From assembly GCA_905331295.1 (NCBI GenBank), contig CAJNYD010000132.1, forward strand, positions 124,001 to 188,000: a DNA stretch of 64,000 nucleotides, read 5' to 3'. The translations under genes and the position numbers were made by a program. The stretch is from Rotaria socialis. Lineage: Eukaryota. Shown one piece after another: positions 16,193-28,600 of the stretch (within the stretch, counting starts at the first letter, position 1; each line of letters opens with the position of its first letter). The notes below the pieces were generated by a model that saw nothing but the letters and a program-made list of their open reading frames with translations, did no database searches and was not told the DNA's origin.

Positions 16193-19100
16193 TTAATTAA
16201 GAACACCTAATATGGAAGTTTCCTGTGTGGTTTCACTTCCATTTGATTCGGACAGTGAATTTAATGCATCACGTATTGTATAAAAGAGAATATTTTTGGC
16301 CTATAAACATCCGAAATGATTTTTTACTTTTAATTTGTGGAAAGAAGAAGAACGAAGAAATTTTACCTGCAAAATATCAGCATGATTTGTATGAGTTTTT
16401 GATAATGATCGAAATTCGTTTGTTGTTATTAAGCATCGATCAAGATTTTCCGGTGAAACAAAATCTTCAGCAATTTTTATGCATGAATGTAAATTTTTTA
16501 CCTAAAGTATAGAATTAATTTAATTGAGACGATAATTAGCAAAGATTTCAAAAAAAAACATTTTTCTATCTCGTAATTTTCAGGAGCTATAGAAAATTGA
16601 AAATTTACATAAATTAGTTTAAAACAAACGGTATCAAAATTCATTTAATTACTTGATGTGGCGCACCACTTGGAATGAAAACTGCATCACCAAAAAATTG
16701 CAATACTGGATATGCTTCGACGTTGCTTAAATCTCGTAATTTTTCTAAATCTTCTTGTTCTAAATATGCTGTTTGATCATGTATAGAATCAGAACCAGAA
16801 ATTTTACGTTGATTCTAAGAAGAGAGAAAAGATAAATATTAGGTTAGACTAAACTTAGATCAAGGCCTACTCGGCTAATATATTCACGAATTTTGTTCGC
16901 ATCATCAGAACGAAATAAATGCCAAAGTGCACCAGGTCTTTCTCCATTTCTTAATCGTTGTAATTGAGCTTCATCAATATTCGAACCAAGTATTTCTACC
17001 TCTACTTCTGCAATAAACAAAATAAAACAAATAAGTTATGTTTCTTAATTCTTTTAGCATGCTTTTTGTTTCTATTTACGTCGGATTTCTTCTTCTTTAT
17101 CGGATCCGTCATTTCCACGGCCGCCTATACCAACATAGACAAGAACATTCACAGCATCGGATACATCAATATGAAGGTTAGTTGTTCCTGCTTTTTTCGA
17201 TTCTTTACTTTTAAGTTGACCTAGACAATATTGACACATAAATATTCAGTTGATAATTTATGACACGAAAGCCTTAATATGAAATATTAACTCATCTTTT
17301 TTGGCCCCCTTCAAAACAGTTGATTATAGTTTGAAACAGTTACTTGATACCAAATTTTTATTGTGTTCTTTTTGAATACATGCTTTGAATTTCTTTCTAG
17401 AATCAGATTGTGTGACTATCACTGGGTTGTTTCAAAAAGTCTCAAATACTACTTTCACAGAATACTCTATTTTAATCAAATTTTTAATTCAATCGAAACC
17501 TATCAAAATCTATTTTTATAGCCTTAATTTTTGAAAATACTCCTTTAAGTTATGCTTTTATTTCTCATCAATCAGTGAATCATAGACACTGGTTCTTTAC
17601 CAATAACCCGTAGATGATACATAATGAATTGTATTATCTTATTTGATACAGAATTCAATGTTTTAGCATTTTATGGTAACACTTTCGTACTATTGATTGC
17701 CATACAAACAATCAGTACTAACAACTTACTATAAGCAATATAAAGTTTTGGTCCAAGATCAGGTTTAACTACACTTGTGGGTAAGCGTTCAACAATATTA
17801 AGAACACCAGCATTATATGTAACACCCTCATGTATATACGATCGTCGTGTATAATCACCTGAATAACACACGTATATAAATAGTTAAAAACAAAAATCAT
17901 TCTATTCACTTACTAAAGGGAATATTACTCATCAGATCATGCAAGCGTTCTGGAAAAACAGATGCAAAATCCTTTTTTGTTGGCCAATCTTTTAATTTAA
18001 GTATACGTGATCGTCCACCATGTTCATCATCTTTCAAACGAACTGTATCATAATTTAACTAATTATTCAAGTGATTTCAAGCAAGCAAACTCACTATCTA
18101 AACGTTCGAATCCCTCCCAAAAATTCTTCAAAATTTCTTCATTAGTTTGAATGGGTGCCAATGTTTCACAATCCCATAATAATGGTGTTTCATGATGATC
18201 AGTCATATGTAATTTAAATGAATTAGGATGCCATAGCGTTTTAGATAAATTATGATGAACTCGTTTGACTAGTACTGGACAACTTGCTGACCAAACTTTT
18301 CGAAAAAACTTCAAAAAAGCGAAAACAAAAACAAATTTTATATGAAAATACAAAGAGATAGTCATTTGTTTTGATCTACATACACACTTCGCATTTTCGC
18401 TTGTCCATTCGTTAAAAACTGGTAGACGACCATCACAATAAAATTGAATATTTGAATCATAATTACAATCAATCGATGACCAATTTGGTTTTACATGACG
18501 CATATCGGCGGATCTTTTTACTTTTAAACTTTTTATAAATACTGAAAGATTTTCATTTTTCAATGATGGATATAATTGTATTGAACAATCCATTTTTAAT
18601 TTAGATAAATAATCACTGCAATCCTTGCGTAATTTAATCAAAGCTAAATACATAATGGAAGAACAAGAGAAATTTTGTTAAACCAGTAGTATGTTTTACG
18701 ACTTTCTATTCCTAGAAATGGGATATAAACGTTCATATCGGTCAGCTAGGTTTCTAAGTTTATTGAGATGAATAATAATGTCTGGATATCTACTCAAGAT
18801 ATAATTTACATCGATATCAGACTTTCCGTGTCAGTTAAACTAAGAAAAATGTCATAAAAAAATGAAAAGCAAGAAAGCAAACCAGGGATAAATAACAGTT
18901 TTTTTCTCTCTATCAATCCATCATCCTCCGAAAACAGCTTTTCATGAGTATAATAAGACTAAACTACACATGCAAATTTCTATCTCTCATGCGCTGCATT
19001 CAAAAGTTTTTTTTTCACTTACATTCCCATGGAAAAAATTCTGATAATGAATATGTATTGTCATGAGTGCAAAGTCGTTTAATTTCTAAATAAAAAACAA

Positions 19101-21276
19101 AAATAATTGAAAAATTCTTGTGTAGATATCAGAGACTGAAACCGATGACAAAAGTGCCATTCGATTCGATTCGGCTTTTTTTCAATTATTTTTTTATTCA
19201 TTCGATTCGATTCGGTAGTTTCGAAGTTCCATTCGGAATCGATTCGATTCGCCCCAAACGAATTGAATCGAATTATTCGGCAATTCGATTCGATTTCGGT
19301 CTCTGGTAGATATTTAGCATACTTTTTCTTTTTTCACCGCTTATTTGAGATAATTCATTTGAACACTCAATACAAAGCATATATCCACATTCTTTACACA
19401 TATAATGATAATTAAAAAGTGTCGTTGAACATTCATCGCAAACTTCTCTCCAACCAGCCATATATTGTTTCCAAACAATTGATTCTTTTATTAATAAGAA
19501 AAATCATCCATACATGTTCTATTACGAGAATACAAAAAGATTTAATTCTACTTTGGTTTTGTGTTGATCGAACATTTTCTTCATGTAGAAATATTAAACA
19601 AAAAATTTTTGCTAATTGTATAAATATATAATTTGCGTTCGTAAAGTTTAATGGTGGTTGATCGCCTAGTTATTTATATTGAAAAGAATTTTTTTATTTT
19701 TTATTTACTGAGCTAATATTATATTTTACCTGAATTTGGTATCAGTAAATATTGGATATCTTTAGATTTCGCCTTATCTATTGTTGTAAATCCTTCAATT
19801 TCGTATTTGTCATCACCAACATATTTTAATCTAAATCAATACAATAATCCATTTTGTAAACATTCTTTGATATTCTTAGAAAAATAGCTGAAAGTCAAGG
19901 CAGTCTCGTTTTTTGATAGTGAAAACACTCTCTATTATTAAAGAGATACTAGTAACTAGGGGTAGCACTGTAACTTAAAATTGATCGTAAAGTGCAAAGT
20001 TTAAAGTTGTTTAAAGTCACGTTTAAGTGATTCTTGTTGGCGTTTTATCTGTTGCAGAGTCTCATAAGCATGACTAAATCGTCAGTACATTACCGTAAAA
20101 AGTATTAAAAAGAAACGGTTAAAGGCGGCTTTAAACAACTTTAAACTTTACGGTTAAAGTAAAGTTAAAGTGTCACCCCTACTAGTAACTATAACTAATC
20201 TGTTATTTCTAAAAATTAATTTCGACGAATAATTCTCGAAAGTAAAATACTAATATCATAGACTTCTGATCGTCAACTACATAAAGTATTTTCCTTAGCT
20301 TTCTATGCGAAAATATACCAGCAGATTTTATTCTATGTAAAAGGGATTTCTCTATCTCGCCGACTTAATTATCTTATTCAACGATTAGAACTTTAAGTAA
20401 CATCTTTATATTGACAGATGAATATCTTTCATTTTCATATCCCCAAGATTGTAGAAAACTCTGCTTTTTGTTTAGAAATCACAAAACTAGATGAAGCAAA
20501 ATAACAGTCGATGCAGGCGACGTTAATGCTATATATTTAGTGAATGCAATATTACCGATGAAAATATTTTATTTCGTGTAAGTCTTATAATTAATTGATT
20601 TGTTAAAATGTCGAAAATTATTAGAAATAATCGAACATCAAAGAGAAAAAAGAATACTTACGTTCGACAATGCTGAAATCGACAACTAGCTAGTTGCGTA
20701 GATACAGCTGATGCAGTGTTTGTGCGACAATCAACACATCTTGGAATATCTTTTGGATATGATATGCAAAGATATTTTTGAGTAATAATAGCTGTGAGAA
20801 AGAAAAAGAATATATTGAAAGTGTGTCAATGAGCCAAATCACTAAAAAATTGATTTACTTGGTATTGTTTTGTGATAACGTCGTTTTACAAAAATTTGTT
20901 CACATGATGAAGATTCAAACGAACGTTTATTGTTCTTTTTCACTGTTGATGAAGATAAAGATTTTATCGTTTGATTTTCATTAAATGGTTGATTTTTCTC
21001 CTGATCACTCATTGAGACAATACTTTCATTTGTATCCAATGCAATTGTTGACATTGGTAGTATTGTTAAATGTGTTGTGTCAATATCAAAATCAAAATCT
21101 GTTATTCTTTCTATTTGTAGTTGTGGACGCCGAGAAAGTATTGGTGAACGACGTGATTGTTCTGACATTGTCAATGTTCTAGCAAATATCAAATAAGAAG
21201 GCACTTCCATTTTATTAGACGTACTGCCTAATGTAGCTACGTTTTCTTTTTCTTTCCTTCTTTCTTTCTCATTCAT
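16193..21276 (-). CDS. KDM3: JmjC lysine demethylase of the KDM3/JMJD1 family, multi-exon; start codon uncertain
   Basis: Zn-finger exon [66 protein letters not shown] (HxD); [41 protein letters not shown]. Fe ligands appear intact; stop at 16193-16195. Confidence 0.92.
19130..19305. mobile_element. hAT-type MITE (176 bp) in a KDM3 intron
   Basis: Perfect 8-bp TSD GTAGATAT (19122-19129 and 19306-19313). TIRs CAGAGACTGAAACCGA / reverse complement CAGAGACCGAAATCGA. Interior is built from ATTCG/CGAAT pentamers. Confidence 0.88.
19957..20181. mobile_element. hAT-type MITE (225 bp) in a KDM3 intron
   Basis: Perfect 8-bp TSD CTAGTAAC (19949-19956 and 20182-20189). TIRs TAGGGGTAGCACTGTAACTT / reverse complement TAGGGGTGACACTTTAACTT. 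Subterminal TTAAAG-type repeats. Confidence 0.88.
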
Positions 21277-21866
21277 TTGACATTGAAATTAATGATAGAT
21301 TACAAATAAAATATTTACATATTATATTTTATCTATATCGTTCATTTTAATACATTCTCATATCAGATGCACAAATATCTAGGGTCATTTTTTTCTTGCA
21401 ATATTTTTTTCCTTTCATATACAATTGTTGTTTAAATTGACGTTATACTATCTTAACTATTCTTGGTCGCAATCTCACGCTCTACGGTCAGTTACGAATT
21501 GGTTGACCTTCAAGCTTTACTATACATTCGTTGTACTATGATCTTACGTTATTCAATACTGATCGTACTTCAACACGGCGCTACCACCAAAGGGAAAAGG
21601 CAGGGTACTGAATTCTATTCATCCATGTGAACGAAAAAGAATAAAGAGAAATAATCTAATGATTTAGGAGAAGAAAAAATGATCAGCTTTATTTTCAGAT
21701 ATTATTAAAATAGATAAAAAAATATTTTTTTTTTCGTAATAACTTATAGGAAAATGGTAGCAATAAATATATACATATTTGGGTTTTTGATCAACTGTTA
21801 ACTCGTAATATTCTAACGTAATTTATTGTCGCTATAAGGAAATATAGTAGTTATTCAATCGTTTAC

Positions 21867-22169
21867 ACCCAGGTCGAGCAATCATACTGTAAGATCTGAT
21901 AAGATCTTGCATCTGATCTGATATGATCTTGCACGATCATACGAAAATCATACAAAAAATCGTAGTTCCTGAGATCTTAGATCAGGTCGAACAATCAGAT
22001 TCTTCAAAAATCGTATTAATGTGTAAGATCTTTGAAGAATCTGATTGTGCGAATTGATCCAAGATCTCAGGAACTACGATTTTTTGTCAGATTCTTGTAA
22101 GATTTCGCCCGTATTCCAAGGTCTTGTATGTGTTTGATAAGGTTTTATGTCAGATTTTTCGACCTGGGT
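21867..22169. mobile_element. Palindromic MITE (~300 bp)
   Basis: Termini ACCCAGGTCGA...TCGACCTGGGT. Internal inverted pair AAAAAATCGTAGTTCCTGAGATCTT / AAGATCTCAGGAACTACGATTTTTT centred near 22020; GATCT-rich interior. Confidence 0.8.
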
Positions 22170-22340
22170 ATCGATATAATTTCGTGTAAAACGGTTATAA
22201 AAATTTTCATTTTTAATGTTTCTTTTAAAAAATTCATATCAGTATAATTATTTTAGTCGGAAAAGGTTTCTCTACATATGTCATATCATATACAATTAAG
22301 CTCCCATCATTTTGACGTTGAAGAAAGAGTAACTATGTGT

Positions 22341-23349
22341 TTACTTGTTTCGCTCAGTTTTTGAAGTTATTTTTGTTTTTAATGAATAAGAATAAGATTG
22401 TCTTGGTCGATATTGAGGACTTTTTTTATTGCGATTATCATTGATATCAGTTTGATTTGATTTTGTATTAGATAATAGATTGGTTCCAGCTTGCTTTCTT
22501 GAAGATTTTAGGAAACTACGAAGAACAGGCGATGCACGTGCTTTTCTATTGATGATTGCTACAGACTACAGACAAAAATGAATTTTAACACAAACAAGGC
22601 TTGGATTATGAAAATAAATAATTCTCATACTTTTTTATTAGTATCATTATCTTTGATACATTTGTCATTCTTACTATCCATCATCCATACCTTTGGAATT
22701 TGTTCGATTCTTATAAAAAAATCTAATATAACACAGAAAATAATACACAAATATATATATATATATGTGCCGAGATATTAGCTTTTTTTTCTTATATACT
22801 TGAAAGTTTATAATTCGTTGTATAATCATCATTATTTTCATGAGTTGTTGAAAAATGATGTCGCTTATTTAGTATCACTTCTGAGTCTGGAATGGATGTT
22901 GAAATCACTCGTGAAGTATTTGGAAGATGTTCATTTGTTGAATTCATTAATGTTATTCTTGGAATTTTTATTGTTGCAGCAAGATCTATTTTTCTATTAT
23001 TATTTTTATAATCAATTTCTGTAGAATTCGATGATGAAGTAAATATTTTATTTGAATGATTACTTTCCGATATAGCTGGCATTTGCATATGTAAATTTGA
23101 TGAGGTAATAAATTGCATAGATGAAGATGTGTTCGATGGTGATGATGAGGATGATGATGAGTTTTCAATGAGTTGTTGATATAAAGGATCACATGAGCAA
23201 AAGTCAACTAAGCAAGAATTTTGTTCTGATAAGATTGATGTATTTGATATTGGTGCTTTTTTAGATGCAGATTTTAATGTAGTCAGTGAATTACTTGAGC
23301 TTTGTTGAAAATAATTCGCGAATTTATTTCGTTTAATACATTGGTTCAT
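22341..23349 (-). CDS. Uncharacterised Ser/Asn-rich protein, three exons (~22799-23349, ~22631-22722, ~22341-22565)
   Basis: The long ORF ends in TCA A|GTATAT. Downstream exons (NFFIRIEQIPKVWMMD...; SVAIINRKARASPVLRSF...RNK*) join in frame through canonical sites. 5' end uncertain. Confidence 0.55.
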
Positions 23350-23873
23350 CTAAAGGTAGACAGTGTAAAATTGATAACTTCAAGGTTGTTACCTATTTAC
23401 CGTATGTACCAATTGTGTTCTAATTCACCTGCCATTGAACTTCTGAGTATATATGATCAGTCAATATAAAATCAAAATGAGAAAAATAAAAGCCCCATCT
23501 ACCTTTACCTGTTCTGTTTGCTTTTGTAAAATTCGATTGATTGATAACCATTTATACTGACTAGAGTGACACTCAATAGCGTTGTGATACTCATGACATC
23601 TATCAAAATCGACAGGTCGTGTTGTATTTTCTCACTTTTTTCATTCGGGCAGCTTTTAATATCTAATCAAAATCTTATAGAGAGATAAGATGTAGAACAA
23701 GATTACGACATACGTCTATCAATGCTATTGTTAATATATATTTACAGGTAAATGTAAAGATACATTTAACTCTATTTTTATAATTGAGCAGGAAGTTTTC
23801 AAGGTATCAGGTGAAAATAAGATGATGTTTGGTAGATATCTTTCAAATAGCATTTAAATTTAAAAATAAAATT

Positions 23874-25118
23874 ATGCAAATCTTACTATTATATTTAGGA
23901 TTGACTATTCTTCTTCTACTAATCGCAGTGTGCTCTTCAGCACCTTTATCAACACCACAAAAACATGATCCAGATTGTGATTTAAATATTACTCAACTGA
24001 TTCAAAGTAAAGGTTATCCTTGCGAAGAACATAAAGTATTAACAAAAGATGGTTACATTTTGGGCGTTTTTCGTATTTCACATGGGCGAAACTCATCATC
24101 ATCATCGACAGCAGTAACACGTCGACCAGTACTACTTCAGCATGGTCTTCTTGATACAGCTACAACATGGGTAATGAATTTGCCTAATCAAAGTCTAGGT
24201 TATATTCTTTCTGACGCCGGCTATGATGTATGGCTTGGTAATATGCGTGGAAATCATTTTTCACGTGCTCATACGAAATATGATCCTGATCATGATGACG
24301 AATTCTGGGACTTCAGTTGGGATGATATGGCACGTGATGATCTACCATCGATGATAAGTTATATTTTGAATGTAACAAAATATACACAGATTGCTTACGT
24401 TGGACATTCACAAGGAACAATGATTGCATTTGCTCAATTCGGTCATATAGATAGTAATCTGCAAAATAATATTAGTTTTTGGGCAGCTTTAGCACCTGTG
24501 GCACATATAGGACATATAAAATCGCCAATAAAATATTTGGCATCAGCAGCTGTTGTAAAAGATATTGAACGTTATTGGCATTTATTATTTGGTAGCGATG
24601 AATTTCTACCATCATCTTATATGCTTACTTGGCTTGGAACATATGCATGTGGAGAAATTATTGTAGAGCATGCAGTTTGTAAAAATATTTTATTTATTTT
24701 ATGTGGACCAGAAATAAAAAATATGAATGATTCAAGAATTCCTGTTTATTTAGCGCATGAACCTGGTGGTACATCTGTAAAAAATATGGTTCACTATGCT
24801 CAAAGTATTCGATCAAATCTATTTCAATCCTATGATTATGGTTCACCAGAAGATAATGAATTACATTATAATCAAACAACGCCACCAATGTATTCTATTA
24901 GTCCGATAAAAATACCGACAGCCATATTTTGGTCAGGTGACGATTGGCTTGCTGATCCAGTTGATGTATCCTATATTTTTGATAATTTACAAAGTCTAGT
25001 TTACGAGAAATACATTCCAGATTACAATCATTTAGATTTTGTTTGGTCTATTTCAGCAAATAAAATCATTTATACAGATCTAATTGATCAAATGCAAAAA
25101 TATCATCCACCAAATTGA
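23874..25118 (+). CDS. Acid lipase (lysosomal/gastric, LIPA/LIPF-like alpha/beta hydrolase), intronless
   Basis: Signal peptide from ATG 23874; GYPCEEHKVLTKDGYIL, LLQHGLL, GYDVWLGNMRGN, nucleophile GHSQG, catalytic D (DWLAD) and H (YNHLDF). Confidence 0.93.
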   Translation: MQILLLYLGLTILLLLIAVCSSAPLSTPQKHDPDCDLNITQLIQSKGYPCEEHKVLTKDGYILGVFRISHGRNSSSSSTAVTRRPVLLQHGLLDTATTWVMNLPNQSLGYILSDAGYDVWLGNMRGNHFSRAHTKYDPDHDDEFWDFSWDDMARDDLPSMISYILNVTKYTQIAYVGHSQGTMIAFAQFGHIDSNLQNNISFWAALAPVAHIGHIKSPIKYLASAAVVKDIERYWHLLFGSDEFLPSSYMLTWLGTYACGEIIVEHAVCKNILFILCGPEIKNMNDSRIPVYLAHEPGGTSVKNMVHYAQSIRSNLFQSYDYGSPEDNELHYNQTTPPMYSISPIKIPTAIFWSGDDWLADPVDVSYIFDNLQSLVYEKYIPDYNHLDFVWSISANKIIYTDLIDQMQKYHPPN

Positions 25119-25648
25119 TAACAATTCATTGATTTTGTTTTTCTTTTAATTTTCTCTTTCTTCAAGCGTACCACCATGTAAAAATTCTAAATAAATGACA
25201 ATATTCTATACTCGCTTGGGCATTATATTACTAATATCAATAGCGACTGAGTTAAAAATAGTTCCATTCCTATCAGAGATAAGATTCATCAACGTATGCA
25301 TTTTTAAAGTTATTTTGTTGATGCATGATAAGAACAATAAACGTAATTTATTTTTATTGTTTACATATTTGATAATAGTTATTTCGATAAACTTAAAAAT
25401 AATAATAATATTTGAATAAAAAAACAGACTATAATATAGCAATTTAATCATTCGGTCCCTCTATTCTGCAATTCCATTGTTAGAAGTCTTAACGATACGT
25501 TGTGTGTAAAATCTATTCTAGATAATAATTTATTTTGTCATTATTGCATTTGCTATGGTAGTAGATAAAACTTTGCTTAATTCTATTCTTGTTTATTTTT
25601 CATTTTCAATTAAAGAAAAATTTACATACAAAAAAAAGCAAAGAAAAA

Positions 25649-28600
25649 CTATGCTGGTGGGCTACTGTGACGACGTCGACGATGTTCACTAGAACTTCCA
25701 TTTCGTTTACCATCATCTGGAGATTTTTCACGATGATGTCGGCGGCCATTTTCAATTGTTACTGTAGCTAAACTAGTATCCATTTCTTCTCCAAGTTGTG
25801 CATCTTCATCGGTAATGGGTGTTGCGGAAAATGTTAACTTGAAAAAAAATGGCCAATTAGATGCTAAAAAAAGAATACGATAAGAAAATAGATTGTATTC
25901 TTATCTTTTTGTTAAATCAAAAAGTACATACATTGATGAGGTATTGGATAATTATTTGCTAAAATTAAGCATTCGCAAGCATCCGTAATTGTTCGAAATT
26001 CAGCTAGACCAGTAACACCTTTTGGTTGATTATTTCCTCGACGATTGCGATCATCTATGATTAAAATAATTATGAATTTATTAACTATGGAAGGAAATAA
26101 AGCATACGATGTGACTCCTTTCTTGGTGGAAAATTCTTCACTTTAACTGGTCGTTTCGCACCAAGATCTTCAAAAAATCGTACGATATCAACTTCAAGCA
26201 TATTCGGTGGTGTATTAAAATAATATAAAACATGCGATGGTGCAACGGGTCGATTTTTAATTGCTTGATCACTTGTTAAATATCGATTATTACGATTAGT
26301 ATCAAATTCCATATAAGATGGTTCACCATTTTCTAATGGAAATGGCCGAGTCATGTGTTGAATTTCAAGTTGTCGTGAAGGGCTAAAACATTTTTAAGGA
26401 AAATAATTTCGCTTTTTAATCACATGAAAAATAAATAATTTAGCATACACAATAATAAATGTTTGTCCAAAAATAAATGTTGAATTGAGACTTTTTAAAT
26501 GTTGTCGAAGATTTTCACAATGATTCATTTGTATCATAGCACCACCTTCTTTCGATTTTAAAAATTTAACCTATGAAAACGAAATCATAATTGCATTGAT
26601 GAATTCATTTCTTCTATTACATACACGTAAAACATTGCCATAGAGACAAAGTAAATTAAATAATCTCTCACAATTCCAACTAGGTGAAGATAAACCTTCA
26701 ACATTGAATACACAACAATCCGATTTTTCTATTGGGTTTGACGATGATGGTGGTGATGCTTCACGAAAACGATTGGATCCAACTGAATATGGTAGTAGAC
26801 GTTGTGGATGATCAAATGTGTCCAATTGTTGAGCAATCAAATGTGGATTATTACTAAATAGTTGTTGTGGTTGTTGTTGTTGTTGTTGTTGTTGTTGATG
26901 AAAACTTCCGGGTTCATCGCGTGATGATGGTCGATCATGAGTTGATGCAAACGATGATGAACTTCGACTTAAAAATCGATCCAATTCTGGTTGTAATGCT
27001 GCTGATGGAAATCTTGTATTCGACTATGAAAAGAATCACAATATGAAAACATTGTTCCCGATAACGAAAGTCATCCTATAGTGAAGTTCTAATATTTTTT
27101 ATGATATTGAACTAATATGCTGAATAAATTCACGTGACAATGCATCCTGATTGTTTGTAATAACCCGCCCTTGCTTATAGCACATGATATTGTCTTGTCA
27201 TTGAGAATTCATATTGACAAACAAACTTGGTCTTAAGGTTTGGAATTATCATAAACTAGAGTGTAGTGTCTTTGAAGTATGTTTTTAACGAAAGAAAGAA
27301 TACAATTGAACCAATGAAGTGTTTACGATCTGAGCTTACCGGCGCATTTAGATAGTCAAAAGTATCAATTCAATATCATCAAGAATAGTAATCATTCATG
27401 GTGAGCAGCTAATTTTATCTAAGACTAAAGATGTACAACATGAAGAAACTTACTGCAAAAGATTCATTGCCAAGTATAGGTGGTTCTAAAAGTTGGAAAA
27501 AGTGGTAAAATTAATTTTATTTTTGTAGTTTCTCTTATACCGAAACGGTCAACTCGTGGTGGAGACGATAATAAAGTTTTACGACGAGCATATCCTAAAA
27601 ATGTGAATTGTATCAAATAATTTTCCTTAAGATCAATATTAAACGAAGAAGAAAAATAGTAAAATCGAGACTAGAAAAACTAGTTATACATTGATAATAA
27701 ATTGTTTAACCAGCACGACGATCACAATCTAAATAGAATACGAACAAGCATTAAAAACAAATATGTTAATCATGATAAATTTTAATCATTTCAAGTCTTA
27801 ATTAAACTCAACGCAATGTTATTCTACATGAAAATAGAATCTTTATCGAATGTTGAATGTTAAAAATCTAATTGATGAATTGCGAAAGAAAACTAATCGT
27901 ATTATTAGTATTGATCAGAAAATTTATATTCGAGAAAGCGGAAAAAACTTCCCATCCAATATAATAATATGCCAATCAAATTTTCAATCAAAATAAAATC
28001 TCGATTAGCCAATGAATTTATAAATGTGAAGTTATTCAGATGTATTTTATATATTAAAACAAATAGAGATGGTTTATTGATGTATTGAAAAATTTTCTTT
28101 AAACAATTGTTGATATTTATTAAAACTAAATTAACACTCGATATGTGATTTGAAATGTAAACTATCATTGATAAATTAAAATAAGTAGAAATTTTATTTT
28201 TGTTCTTTCATTTAAGTGATTAATGATCTTTGCTTTTTATAATAACTAAATGTATTGTTGCGTTTTCAAAAGAAACTTTGTCTCAATTAAAACATTCAAG
28301 CTAATTACTTATCCTATTAATATATTTTATTAATTTTTGTTAACTAACAAAACTATTTTCATTGTTTTACAAGATAATAATTAGATAGAGAGTATTAACT
28401 AACAATTTAAACATAAGAATATGGAATAATATGCTATCAGTTTATTTTTATAGTTATAATAAGACGATTTTTTTTATTTTGTGTTGATACGATTCATCAT
28501 TTGTCGAACAAATAATGTATAGATTAGTACTACTATTGAGTATGAAGGAGAAATTTGCAGCAATTATTGGAAATATATCGAAGTGAAAACTATGATAACG

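Noticed and set aside
19118..19309. ATTCG repeat region as a CRISPR array or coding ORF
   Set aside because: No repeat-spacer periodicity; explained by a MITE with TIRs and TSD.
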